64,000 nucleotides of DNA, from positions 496,001 to 560,000 of the forward strand of contig NIVC01000056.1 in the NCBI GenBank assembly GCA_002269645.1. The letters are read 5' to 3'. Origin of the DNA: Macrostomum lignano (taxonomy: Eukaryota). A program made the translations under genes and the position numbers. The notes under the pieces are model-generated. The model saw only the letters and a list, made by a program, of their open reading frames with translations, was not told the DNA's origin and did no database searches. Numbering within the stretch: the stretch's first letter is position 1; the number at the start of each line of letters is the position of its first letter. Positions 15,729-44,575 of this stretch are shown piece after piece.

Positions 15729-18554
15729 TCCTCATGAGTTTGAAGTACCTTGTGATACTGTTCACTACTTGAGCCAGTTGCTCCGGTTGATAGCTTCTGA
15801 AACGCCTTACAATCAGAGTTGAAAAAGATTCATAGAGCAGCGCATCCAGCAAAAAATCTAAGCTAAGCAAGTCACAATGCGAATGACTGCTCACCCGAGG
15901 ACTATGTAAATGGGAGTTAGCTAAAACCCGCGAGACCACTGAGAGAGCTTCCCTCATAAGCACAGCCTACTCAGCGCGGAAGCCCTCCTCACGCAGGTAA
16001 GTTCTCAACCTCCGGCCATAAAGCCTCATCATCATCCATGGTAAAGTGCACTAAGAAGGCTGGATCGGCTCTCCTTACCCTCCAGCGCTCTGTCCCGGAT
16101 CCGCAATGCCGGTCACGCACGGACGAGAGCTCTGGACCTGACTGATCGTGAAAACTGCTCGCCTCTTTGACTCTCTCCGCTAGCTGGGCCGCTATCTATC
16201 TATTCAAGCTGCAGGTTTGCCCACATCAAAGGCCTCTTTTCAATATCTGATCTACTGTTTTGAGCATCAACTCAGCGACTATTCTTGAGCCATGCGATCT
16301 GAGAGGCACGTGATTCAATAGCGCTGGTTCCGCTCTGCAGTCAAGCCATGGCATGCTTACAGCAATATCAGCTTTCATCTTTACTGCGGAAGCATTTCTG
16401 CTTTGAACGTCTGCCTTTCTTACAGGCTCTAAAATTCAGGCTATCACCAAATAACTCAGCCTAGCCTGATGGCAAAAACTCGGAAAAGCTGTCCTTTCAC
16501 GAGCTAATAGCAACTGCTGAAGTTAACTGCACCTAACGTATTTTCTAGAGCTATCATCTTTCGATCTTCTGGTGCGGCCTTTAATTAGTTAAAATGAATT
16601 AATATGAAAGCTTTGCAAACAATAAGCAAGGTAAGCTAGATGTGAGACGCCGAAAGTCTTCTGAGGAGGTAATTAGTACCTAATTAACGATAATTGCTCC
16701 CTGCAGCCCTGCGACAATCAGGATAATACGCTCGTATGCGGGAAAATTAACTACTAGCCACGAGTAGAGTTTTCAACCCCCGTCCCTGCAGTTACCTTTC
16801 GACCCTCGGTTCGCAACGACCCGGAGCGGACGAGAATTTCAAGCGGGTCCGAGGTGGCAGGTGCGGGTCCGGGCTGGCCCCACTGACTGCTGGAGGCCAT
16901 CTCGAGCGATGAAGTGTGATCTGCTTCTATCTTGCTCTTGTTTATTGCACTCAAGCTCCACTCTGAGGCATAGTGGAGTGGAACGGCAGAACGGAAAAAT
17001 ATGAAATATTCGACAGTGCCCGAGCCGCCTCTTGACAAGAGGAGAGAAGAGAGAGAAGCCTCCCTAGGTGCCTGTCCAATGCCGGGACATCCGGGATCTG
17101 GGAGCTCGGGAGTGACACGGCTTACATTTCAGCTGCTCGGTCTGAAACTCCCCTCTAACCTCCTTCCCACCTTCCGAGTCCCGAGACTCAAGAAGCTCAG
17201 GTGTACAAGAGGAACAGCCAATTGCGAATGCTACTGCTGTAATGCCAACTGAACACTTGGGAGCCCCAGCTGGGAGAAAACATACAGCCAACATTGAGCT
17301 CAGCTCAGGCACTCGCGCATATGCTCTACTCATTTAATGCTCATCTGTCAGGCTCATCTGTCAGGATAAAACGGGCTTATCTTGTAAATTTCTTACTGAT
17401 CCTTCAATATGGCAGACTTGCCCAATTTAGCTCGTATATTAGAGGTCTAAAAAGGCCTTGCTGTTCGATCAGTTCAGTTCTCTCTGAGCAACTCTCCCAG
17501 CTTTTTAGCTTTTGCGATTCGACAAGAAACTCTCCAAAAAAATTCTTTCCATCCTAATGCTCCATCATATACTCCTCTTGAGTTCGTTTTTTTCCCTGAG
17601 TGCATTACTTATTCCTCAATTTACCGGTTGATCCCACGCAAATTGCTTTTCTGTCGGCTCAAGCCAGCCGTGAGTGAGGTAGAGACCTAAAGCCGGACTC
17701 ACCTGAGCTCTAGCAGCTTTCAGCCTGCAAGCGATTGCTTATGAGGAGGAATCTCAGCTTCCTTTGCAGCAAGGATAACAGATGGAGGGACTCTGGAATC
17801 TATGCAAAACATGGAGCACGCATATGAGAGGGTTGTTGACAGAGTCCGTCAGGAATTCGCATGAAGATTAGGAACGGATTGTATCGGACTGCTGGACTTA
17901 GCGCGCTGTGCACGAGTCTCAGGGAATCTGCAATCGCTTAAGCGGACTACAGCAGACACTTCTCCATCACCTGAATGCAGGAGCTTTCTAGAGTTTCTGC
18001 TTTTTAGTTTCTTTCTGGCCTAAACTGCCTGCATGTGTCAGAGTGACAAACTGCCTGCATGTGTCAGTGACAAACTGCCTGCAGGTCTCAGGGTGACAAA
18101 CTGCCTGCAGGTGTCTGGGTTATTAATATTAGATCAGTAGATCATTTCAGACGTTGCAGATTATGAATGCATATGTACTTGATTTACTCAGTTTGTCAGT
18201 TCTGTGCGTCCGACCGCTGTCCAACTACGTAAAGATGGCTGCACAAACAAAGCAGCGCAAAAATAGAAGCCTTAATTATAAACTAAGATTAGTCTTCTAT
18301 TCTTCAAAGCTTTTCTACCCACGTACTCAGGAAATTCAGATGCAAAGCAGCAACCGACATGGACAGGCGGGCTTCATCACTTTCGCTATCTGCTCGCATG
18401 TGCTCCGCATTGCGAGGAAATTATAGATAAAAATCTCTGATTGAACAGATTCGGATTAAGAGGACAGCAGAAGGTGTAGTAAAGCCGCGATGTACTCGTA
18501 CGAATCTGTTGACGAAGATGAGCTGAGGGTTGGAGATGCAGCATAATTCTGGAG

Positions 18555-18722
18555 GAGGGGTGCTGGGGTGGAGGGGTGCTGGGGTGCTGTGGTGGAGGAG
18601 TGTTGGGGTGGAGGGGTGCTGGGGTGGAGGGGTGCTGGGGAGGAGGGGTGCTAGGGTGGATGGGTGCTGGGGTGGAGGGGTGCTGGGGTGTATGGGTGCT
18701 GGAGTGTAGGGGTGCTGGGTTG
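18555..18722. repeat. G-rich ~16-bp minisatellite (GGGGTGGAGGGGTGCT)
   Basis: Direct reading. Confidence 0.9.
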
Positions 18723-19522
18723 AGGGTTGCAGCCTTGAGGCGTGTCCTGTGAAGCGTCTCTCCTATCAACTGATACAGAAAACAGAAATTCTAAGAAAAA
18801 CATTGAAATTTCGCACTCGCATTGATTAGAGAAAAGGGCAGCGTAATGAGCAGGAATGTGGCGCCCTGCTTAAAGGCGATATTGCAAGTCAGGCTTGTGA
18901 TTATATTTGCTTAACTCAACGAAGAGAACAGAGAGCCATCTGGACCAGCATGGATTAGTTACATCTGAGCGAATAAATAAAGAAAATCATCTTGCTCCAA
19001 CTGTGCCTTCAACAAGGAACTGCTCTTTGTCTGTAACAGTTTTCAAAAAGAGAAACAATTTTTCTGCAACTGCTCTACTAAAAGTAGCAAGTAATGCTCA
19101 TTGGGTTAAAAATAAAAAGAATTTCAGCATCGGAAGCTTCCTGAGAATAGGGCGCAGCTGAAGGGAGGCTGGAGAGGTAACTGGGGACGACATGAAACCA
19201 ATGGGTAATATTGCAGCTTTATTATGCTGGGACTTATCGAGTTCGGTTTCTCAGAAAAGGAGAGGGAAAATTGAAATTTTCTAAAAAATCTGTGCATTTG
19301 ATTGTCTTAGCCGAATTCGGACGGAGAAGGTTGAAAATTTCTGATTGAAAAATTCCCGCAAATCACCGAAGCTGCCAGTCAAATTTTCTTCTCAATTAAA
19401 TTATTTCAAAGGTCCCTATCAATAGGTTTGGAATTGCACTTCGTCAAGGCGGTTAATGAAAAGACGAATTGATAATTTCAGATTTGATTGGCCATCTTCA
19501 CAGGGCTCGCGTCTCCCTCAGA

Positions 19523-30094
<10,572 letters not shown>

Positions 30095-30174
30095 TCAGGC
30101 GACGCGAAATTAGGAGCTCACGGGACTTTTTAAAATTGTTGATTCACTCAGTCAGAAATAGAAAATTTAACTCG

Positions 30175-30189
30175 GTTGCCCCTGGTTAC
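30175..30189. promoter_or_regulatory. RFX X-box (GTTGCCCCTGGTTAC), ~155 bp upstream of the CDKL ATG
   Basis: Consensus match at a promoter-proximal position of a cilia-related kinase. Confidence 0.6.
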
Positions 30190-30502
30190 AAGGCCAGAAA
30201 AGAAATAAAACAAAAATATGCAAAGCAATTTTCATAATTACTGCCGAAAAAGGCGGGGAGGAACCGCAAAAAAAACTGCGGGGCGGAGGGAGTCGCGCAA
30301 ACCCGTGAGCGTGGGTGGATTTTTTGTGTTGTCTCGCAGTCGGTCTCGGTGCTCAGGCTTGGCTCATTAGTTGCGGTGCGCTCAACAGTAGTTGGGCAGT
30401 CGCTATTTTTAGCCCGCGAGGCGCTTCCAGACAGGCCAAAAAACAGATACGGCAGCTAGCAGAGGGAATGCGGGATTTGGGGCGCCAGAGACAGCTGGTT
30501 TC

Positions 30503-31575
30503 CGGTGTCAGAGGGAGTCAGTTCCGGGTGTCAGATGGAGTCAGTTTCGGGTGTCAGTTGGAGTCAGTTTCAGGTGTCAGAGGGAGTCAGTTCCGGGTGT
30601 CAGAGGGAGTCAGTTTCGGGTGTCAGAGGGAGTCAGTTTCGGGTGTCAGAGGGAGTCAGTTCCGGGTGTCAGAGGGAGTCAGTTCCGGGTGTCAGAGGGA
30701 GTCAGTTTCGGTGTCAGAGGGAGTCAGTTCCGGGTGTCAGAGGGAGTCAGTTTCGGGTGTCAGAGGGAGTCAGTTTCGGGAGACAGAGGGAGTCAGTTTC
30801 GGGAGACAGAGGGAGTCAGTTTCGGGTGTCTCAGAGGGAGTCAGTTTCGGGAGACAGAGGGAGTCAGTTCCGGGCGTCAGAGGGGGTCAGTTCCGGGTGT
30901 CAGAGGGAGTCAGTTTCGGGAGACAGAGGGAGTCAGTTTCGGGTGTCTCAGAGGGAGTCAGTTTCGGGAGACAGAGGGAGTCAGTTTCGGGTGTCTCAGA
31001 GGGAGTCAGTTTCGGGAGACAGAGGGAGTCAGTTTCGGGTGTCTCAGAGGGAGTCAGTTTCGGGAGACAGAGGGAGTCAGTTTCGGGTGTCAGAGGGAGT
31101 CAGTTTCGGGAGACAGAGGGAGTCAGTTTCGGGAGACAGAGGGAGTCAGTTTCGGGTGTCTCAGAGGGAGTCAGTTTCGGGTGTCAGAGGGAGTCAGTTT
31201 CGGGTGTCAGAGGGAGTCAGTTTCGGTGTCAGAGGGAGTCAGTTTCGGGTGTCAGAGGGAGTCAGTTTCGGGAGACAGAGGGAGTCAGTTTCGGGAGACA
31301 GAGGGAGTCAGTTTCGGGAGACAGAGGGAGTCAGTTTCGGTGTCAGAGGGAGTCAGTTTCGGGTGTCAGAGGGAGTCAGTTTCGGGAGACAGAGGGAGTC
31401 AGTTTCGGGTGTCAGAGGGAGTCAGTTTCGGGAGACAGAGGGAGTCAGTTTCGGGTGTCAGAGGGAGTCAGTTTCGGGAGACAGAGGGAGTCAGTTTCGG
31501 GAGACAGAGGAAGTCAGTTTCGGGTGTCAGAGGGAGTCAGTTTCGGGTGTCAGAGGGAGTCAGTTTCGGGTGTCA
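30503..31575. repeat. 23-bp minisatellite (TCAGAGGGAGTCAGTTTCGGGTG)
   Basis: Direct reading. Confidence 0.96.
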
Positions 31576-32807
31576 AAGCATGCCAGTTTGGGCTGTCAGA
31601 AATCATTCGGATGTCACTCTAAGCTATCTTGCCAAAAATGTTCCTTGGTACTTGTTAAATTTCTAAAGAAAATGTTTCAATGGGATCTTCAAATTCTTAA
31701 AAGTGCACTAGTCCTGGGAAAGAAAGAGCTGAAAGCAGAAGACAAAAGCTTTTCACTTGGCTGAACGGACGCTAAAAGCAATGCTAAGCGAGAGTCTTGG
31801 AAGCCAAAGAAATGGAGAGACAGGCCAAGTTGGTGCAGCCGATGCGGCAGCAGGCTGAAAGGGGGGATTTTCCAGTAGCGTCCATGGCAACCGCGGGGGC
31901 AGGGCCGCTCGGCAAACATTTGCCAGCCCGTTCGCGCAAAGTCCCAAGGTTTCTTCTCAAACCTGCCGCCCCCCCCCCCAGCGCTGCTCCTATCGATTTT
32001 CAGCCTCAACACGGCTTGCTTGGTTGCGTGGAGAAATGCTGCCAAGGAAAAACAGGAACCGATTTACCCCAGGCAGCTCACAGCAAAACAATTGGGAAAT
32101 GGGGGGGGGGGCGCAAAAAAGCCTCGAACTGGACGCCGTGATTTCTCCATAGCAACGCGAGGTGCGCACAGTAGGCAAAACGATAAATTTGTTTCACCTG
32201 GGCTTCCGTTGCGCCGCCGGCCCAGGCGGTCCGCCGCCAGACAACCACATGGCTCTGCTGTTGCTCGCGAAAGCAAAAAAAAATCTGTGCTCAAGCAAAA
32301 ATCTCGACCAGCAACGAATGCTCCAAACCCTGCTAGGTGTGTCTCTCCGGCTTTTCTCCCTGGCTTCCCTCACCCTCCTCTCCTATTGTAGTGTCTCTCG
32401 CTTCGCTGCTGTCCAATTGGGGCCGAGGGGCCGCCAATTTATTGGACTGCGAAAGTCCGCGGAGGCGGCCGGATGGACGAAATGGAAAACTCTGGCTGCG
32501 CGGAGCGGAGCGACTTTGTCTGTCAGCCTCGCTTTAAAAAAACTCTCATTTTCATCTCGCCAGTCGTGCCCTGCCTCTCTTCTCTTATGGGTGGATGTGC
32601 CAGCAGGCTGTGTCGCATTTGGGGTGGGCGCATTGCCCGGAAGCCAACTTTCTTTTCTATTCTGAGCGTGCGTGACTGGCGGGACTGGCTTGGATGCTGG
32701 GGAGACTGCGGTGGGGAAATTTTTCACTGCAATTAGCGAGCGAGGCTGCAGGCTTTCATTTGCAGACTGATGGGGGCGGATTGATGGAGGCTGGACTCAA
32801 GGGAGAG

Positions 32808-33255
32808 CGGGTTTCAGGGAGGGGCGGGTTTCAGGGAGGGATGGGTTTCAGGGAGGGATGGGTTTCAGGGAGATGCGGGTTTCAGGGAGGGATGGGTTTC
32901 AGGGAGGGATGGGTTTCAGGGAGGGATGGGTTTCAGGGAGGGATGGGTTTCAGGGAGATGCGGGTTTCAGGGAGGGATGGGTTTCAGTGAGATGCGGGTT
33001 TCAGGGAGGGACGGGTTTCAGGGAGGGGCGAGTTTCAGGGAGGGACGGGTTTCAGGGAGGGGCGAGTTTCAGGGAGGGACGGGTTTCAGGGAGGGGCGGG
33101 TTTCAGGGAGGGACGGGTTTCAGGGAGGGACGGGTTTCAGGGAGATGCGGGTTTCAGGGAGGGGCGGGCTTCAGTGAGGGACGGGTTTCAGGGAGATGCG
33201 GGTTTCAGGGAGGGGCGGGCTTCAGTGAGGGGCGGGTTTCAGTGAGGGGCGGGTT
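32808..33255. repeat. 17-bp G-rich minisatellite (CAGGGAGGGATGGGTTT), G-quadruplex-capable
   Basis: Direct reading; repeated GGG tracts. Confidence 0.93.
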
Positions 33256-35656
33256 GCGGGGAACAGTTACAAGGACAATAGTTTGGGACGTGCAATAGAG
33301 AGAGTGAATTTCCAAATAAAGGGGATTCGATCACTTCATTTCAAAATACGAGTAGTTAAAAGTATATAAAAATGTTTTACTCGCTACACACGACTGTGAA
33401 GGACAAAAAATAGTGCTTTTTAAAACGAATCTTTCTTTGTTATTAATTCATAGACATATAAATAGAAGAATTTATTGCTGCTTCTATACATGTTCAATGT
33501 AGTCTTGCAACCAGTTTGGTAAATAAAGAGTGCTAGAGCTTAATAGTCAATGATTAGAGAAAGAATAAAAAGCTGCTTATACTACTATATATACTACTAC
33601 TGCTGTGTTATTATTGTTATTGTTTTATCCGAGATTCCCTGTTCAAGTTAATCACGGAAAACACTATAAAATTTTCAACTACATTTAAACCGGAAGTGAA
33701 CTTCACTTTCTACCCCCCTAATGTCACTTTACACAGGCTCTATTCTCGTAAGGGACCTTTGGACTCGCAGTCCTCATTGTTTCGCAGGGCACAGGCTAGT
33801 TTATGGTTTGTAATTTAAACTACCAGTGTCACGTGCCAGGGACTGACTAAAACTTTACCAAAATCAAATGAGACGTTGTACACTGCTAGCTCGTACGAGT
33901 ATCTAATTGATTCATGGAAAAATGGCTCAACCAATTTTCCGATTTGTTACCATAAAAATTAGTACGAAAAAGTATATTTACTATAATAAAATACTGTTAT
34001 ATGGGAATTTTATTGTTAATTATAAAATCATAATTTATCTCGGGAGCCTATCAATCTTATGTCTAAATTGCAGTGTCCTAATGTTGACCTAAAGTATCAT
34101 TAAAATCCTAAAAATCTTATAAGGCATTTAAACTATATTTTTTCCTTCGCAAGTTGAATTAAACATAATGTAACTAGATAGATTTTTACACTAATAGCAG
34201 CCTTGCTTTTCTCAGAGGCAGAAAACGCATTATTTCTATTTTCAAAATACGAAATTATTTTAATGAATGTGCACATTTTTGTTTTATAAAATGCTTCTTG
34301 AATGCAAAAATGTCAAAATAAAGCACTTAATACAATATGACTATAAAGGAGAAAAAAATATAAACATTTATTTCTATTAACTCATTCAAGACTACAAAAC
34401 TAAAAATTTTTCTAATTTAAAGACTAGACAGGCAAAGCTTATCATATAAATTTAACTGAAATTCAATTTCAAATAGCAGAATTCGTAGTAAAAAAACTTG
34501 GATGAAAAGTCGAAAACGGATTTCAAAAATACATTGAAGCCTGAATTAATTTCCCAATCCAAACAATTGAGTTTTAGGAAGCAGACAGAGGCAGGAGTTG
34601 CTGGACCTTGTAGAAATTCAAGACAATTGGGAATTCGGATATTAAGGTGAAACAATTTTAACTGCTCTGTCCCGAAAAAATGCTAAAAGCATCGCATGGT
34701 CTGCTTAACTTCTCAACTGAACGGAAAAGTTACAAAGTACACAAGGATAAGCATAACATAATATTGTCAATTGATTTTTGGAGAATGTATTCAGAAAGTA
34801 CCACAGGTCCAGAAAAATGTTGTCTCTTCATCGATAATAAACAGATGGGACCAAGCTTTTACCGCTACAACACAGGGGCAATTTCATCATATACCTGAAA
34901 AATTCCTAATAGATAAATTACAGTGTGTGGCATATTTATTCAAGTTAACGTTAAGCCTTTATTTTGCACAAATTAATTTGTTTGAATATCTTTACGCCGT
35001 AAAAAGTTGTACTGGATGACAGGCTTCGGCTTCGCTACTTGTAAACAACTTGACTTGATGCACAAACTATTTGGAATCACACAGTGCGAATTATTTGCGT
35101 TAAGAATAACGTTTTTCCACTGGTGATTACGCTCTGAATTGTTTATCATGACCTCTGTGTTTATCCAGAAAAGTTCTACTTGTGGAACATGCTACACATG
35201 TATATGTACATGTACACGCAGTCTCTAATTAGACACTTTAATTTAAAGTCTGATATAGACAGCCAGCCTAAGGAATTACTATAGATGACTTGACAATAAT
35301 TCTGGCTGCGATTTAGGCTGTTCTTTTAAATGCTCATTCATTAATTTGGCACTTCACATGTATGCCTCGTATAATTAGTATATTATCACCCAGGCTTTAA
35401 GGGCGATAATGGGAAAGCCAGAGGCGCCTTCGGTGATTGTATCATAGACTATGTGGCTGAGTTATACGAGCGCATGAGCTGCATTGATGAATATGGGCAT
35501 GGGGGTGTGTGGGGCGATGCCCTCACATTTCAACCAAATAACTATCAGTTCATTATAAGAGAAAGAATAAAGAAGCGAAGAGAAGTTAAAAACGAGAGAA
35601 ACAAGTGAGACTGCTGCCGTCATATTCAAAATCGACCATGCTGAACTACAAAGGAA

Positions 35657-37025
35657 TTGCAGAGAAATAAATTTCTGGTGTCTCATCGGACGACTTCAAT
35701 TCGTGACCATATGCTTAGTGTTGGACTGTGCGAGGAAGAAGAAGCTGTTTCTCAGTTCACGGGACTGCCAGTACTTGAGAAGGAAATGATTAATACATTT
35801 CTGGCTGAAGTATCCACATGTCCGGCTATGACTGACCAAGACCTGAATGAAATTGCCAAGATGGAGGACATGGGTAAAGTCTGGTCTACTGAGAAGGCAA
35901 CAGCTACGTACGCTGCTCTTTCCGAAAGTTTCTTGAAGATCGAGGACTGCCATCACAACTTGAGACGATACCGACTCGATATTCATGACAGTATCTGCGC
36001 CTGTACTTTTCTGTGGTTAAAAAGGATGATAGAACCGCGTACAGTTGCAGTTCTCTGGTTATGCGCGCAGGAATCCACCGGTACTTGAAAAATTTACGAG
36101 GATTGGATATCATCGGCAATGTTGAATTTAGCGCTTTTGAGAAGACTTTCAGGGCTGCTCTTAGGTATTTGCTGAAGAAACCAGCTTCAGTGATGGATGG
36201 TGACGGTGGGTATCGCGCATTAGAGCCTGAAGATTTGGCGTTGTTGCATGCGTATTTGACCGTAGCTCGCCACAGAAACTGCAACAGGAAGTCTTCTTTC
36301 TCCTGAGCTCGCACTTTGCCTTTCGTGGACGTGAATGGATTCGAGGGCTTGAGAAAAAATATGTCATTCTGCGGGAATCTACTGGAGGTATGACGTGCGT
36401 TGACTTATCGAAGGAAAAGAAAGAAAAGTGTGTGTCTGCCGATGCCCCTCGGTCCAATCGGGAGATTGGGATTTTTCCTGTGCAAGACAACTCTGTGTGT
36501 CCAGTTGAAGCGATCAAACTGTATCTTTCGAAGCTTCTATCTGAGAATAGCTGTCTGTTTCCCAGGCCTGCCATCAAGTGGCAGAATGGAGCATGGTATT
36601 GCCCAAAGGACGTATTGGGCAAGAACTCATTGGCCAACATGATTAAGACGATCTCGAAAGCGGCCAGGCTCTCGCGAGACTAAACTAACCATTCTATCCG
36701 CGCAACAACCATAACAAGCCTGTCGTCTGCTGGATTCAGTGCCGAAGCGATTCAAACCGTCTCCGGACACAAAAAGGTGGATAGTGTTGTCCGTTATACA
36801 ATGCGGACAACGGTGGCCCAGAAGCGAGCATTGTCTTCAGCAATCACAGATAGTCTACATGCCTCTACGTCGAGCGTGGCCAGTCATCAAGCACAAGAGT
36901 CAGTTGCGCTGTGCGAACGGTCATCTAGCGTTCCAACTGCCGTCACAACTGTTGGCCAGCCTGATAAATCCGGCCCGACGATCGTCTTGGAGAAAAACGG
37001 GACTAAATGTTACGTTTATAAGTGA
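35657..37025 (+). pseudogene. Decayed Crypton-type tyrosine recombinase (DUF3504-like) DNA transposon gene
   Basis: Joining frames across shifts near 35989 and 36256 and an in-frame TAA (36681-36683) gives ...YLRLYFSVVKKDDRTAYSCSSLVMRAGIHRYL...FDRSSPQKLQQEVFFLLSSHFAFRGRE...YLSKL...PRP...WY...LGKNSLANMIKTISKAA.LSRD*TNHSIRATTIT...SGHKKVDSVVRY. This contains the R...HxxR...GH...Y tetrad of tyrosine recombinases. Confidence 0.85.
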
Positions 37026-38516
37026 GTGCGAAAAGGTCGCTTTGCAAAAGTTGAGTTTGGCTCTGGACTCTGACTGCTTTGTTTGACTCGTTTGTTTGTT
37101 TCTTGTTTATTTGGTTGAAATACATGAAATGGAAATAATCCATTATCGGCCCGACTTTTCAGGCCAGAATGAAATAGTCTATGGCAATAATCGAATATCA
37201 GCCCGCCCGATAGCCACATAGTCATGGTACAAATCCCAACTTTTTTATTTTGATGTACATGTACATGTGCATGTGTACATGTATAACTTTTCTCGATGAT
37301 TAGTCACGATAAACGAATTCATACAAACATACACTTACATGTACATGGCTTTTTAAGCCTAGTATATGGGAATAAAAATTGTCAGAGTATGGCAGCTGAG
37401 CCGCTGCACAAAGCACATTACACAATCGAAATTATATATTTTGGAATTGTGAGTGCATATTTATGCGCTTAAATTTGAATATGCGGCCTTGCCTAAATAC
37501 ATTAGCATAAAATATGTACATTCAAGTCATCACGCGTATCCATATCATGCAGGGCCATAAATTATGTCTAGAACATTTCGAAGTATACATGTCCATGTAG
37601 TTTCAATCAGATAATTTCAGGCCCCCGTGCTGTCCAGGTTATTGAACTCATTCAATTCACTACATGTAGCATTAAAATAAATCTAAATACATGTACATGC
37701 ATTTTTAGCTCGTCAACTATATACTGTTAAAGAATTTATGATGCAAGTCCTGCACTACTGCAGCTCACCATCTGTTCGTGTACGGGCACGCACGAAAGCT
37801 TCATGTACTCGGCCGCTCGTCCATATGCGCATTTTCAGAATCTGCATGATTTCCCATCTGGTTCCCGGAATCATGCAGACTGCTATGCTGGGGATGCAGG
37901 GTTGGTGGCCAAAACGATGGGTTTCAATTGGGATGTTTGGATAAGAATTGACACCGAATTGACTTCGGCCAATGCCATGCGATAGACACGGGGTCGTGAC
38001 CTCCATGCAGGGCTCGACTTGGGCTGCAGATCGGTAGTTGCGTGCACTACTTGAATTTATCGGCTCTCTCTGACCTGAAATCGCTACAGAAATGCTGACA
38101 TTCAGATGGGTGAATAGCAAATTCTAGTGCAAGTGCCCCCATACACCTCTGTGTACTGCATGATGTCTACTTTCGATTGTGACATTCATTCACTACGGCT
38201 TTTTTAGCTGTAAAACTCTGAACTAATCGTATTTTTTTACATTTCAAGGTCGCAAAACCTACGATTTATTGGCTTTAGCTCAGGGGCACAACATGGAAAC
38301 CGAAAATCTGCTTCGGGATTGCTTTGTGATTAAATGCTCATATAACGTACGGCACAGGAAACTGCGGCGCAGTTGGGTGGAACACCTTGCATTCGGGGAA
38401 CTACGAGTACAAGTGGCTTCTTCAAGAAATATTTCGTATGAGAACCACCGTTTCATTCCATAGAAACGTTTCCCAAAGTGTCCTGAAATTCGCATTATCA
38501 GTACATCTATCGATTT

Positions 38517-43418
<4,902 letters not shown>

Positions 43419-43904
43419 CTGGCCAGTAGATGTAGTTGGTGAGATGCAGTGAGTGAGACGCTGGCACCCTACTGAAGCTAGAAAGCTAAGTTTCACTCCT
43501 GGCCGGAACGCCAGGAGCCCTAATTAGCCCCAATAGGCAGACAAGAACTGCGGCTTATCCGCCCACCCTAGGGAAAGTCAGCGCCTTGTGAAAAGGAAGT
43601 GGTTAAAAATGTCACTGTGTCCTTTTTGTATTCTCCCTATCTGAAAATCCCCTCGGGGCGGTCAGTGCCCGAATTTCATCCCCTACACGCTGGTGCGCAG
43701 CTAAAAGCATTCTTCTTGATCTTCGGGGGCACTCTTTCTGATTCTTAGATTTGCATCTTTTACTCGTTAGGTCCTCAGCCAGTCAGGCAGCCTGTCCGCT
43801 CGGCAAAAGCAAACAGCAAATACCATAGGAAAGCACATTGGTTAGAAAAATCTGTCTTCAAATTGTAATTCTGTACAAAGGGGGAGTTCTTAAGCTGAAA
43901 TTCT

Positions 43905-44092
43905 CACTAAAATTAACAAAGTTGGTTGTCAATGGCACCAAATTAACAAACTTGGCTGTCAATGGCATCAAATTAACAAAATTGGCTGTCAATGGCACCA
44001 AATTAACTACATTGGCTGTCAATGGGACCAAATTAACAAAATTGGCTGTCAATGGCACCAAATTAACTACATTGGCTGTCAATGGCACAAAT
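43905..44092. repeat. 30-bp minisatellite (AAATTAACAAAATTGGCTGTCAATGGCACC)
   Basis: About 6 units. Confidence 0.92.
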
Positions 44093-44575
44093 TAAATAAC
44101 AGCGGTTCGAAGGTACCAAAAACAATGCTCTGACAGTCAAAAAAGGTTGAAGATGTTTGGTGGAAGAGCATTTGCCCTGTTGCCTCTATCAATATAACCA
44201 GCTGGCAGGAATCTGCTTTCCTGCACTTCTGGTTCAACCTGCCGGATTCAATAATATGAATTAGAATGCATTGAAAGCAGGGCGGATGAAATGTGGGGGT
44301 GGGGGGCAGAACTTGCAAAACCTCGCCTTCAATCAAGTGTGGCTATCAGCTACAGAACAGTCGGGTTTGTATATTTTCTGTGCCGCAGGCGTCGACAGGG
44401 GGTAGAGGTTGGGGCCGATTGTCGGAATTAAGGTATAGTAAAAGCCCCGCGGTTTCTGGGCAAGGGTTTGGAAAATTTTACAAAACTGCAATTAACATTT
44501 TTTCTTCGCAGATTACAATCCAAGATGCCAATGCAGATTGCCTTAGCGAGCTGTCAGTTTTGTAATACAAAAATC

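Noticed and set aside
15730-18100. Coding-like, moderately GC-rich stretch with short ORFs (e.g. 15721-15963, 17001-17252)
   Set aside because: No recognisable domain, termini or consistent splice chain. Possibly an old TE relic, but not supportable from sequence alone.
30315-33298. ORFs of 114-435 aa upstream of CDKL
   Set aside because: Satellite translations, or GC-rich regulatory/UTR DNA without domain similarity.
37700-38500. Possible exon fragments (e.g. ...DVWIRID..., ...LRFIGFSSG...) next to the Crypton relic
   Set aside because: Frames are interrupted by stops and I could not assign a family or a consistent gene model.
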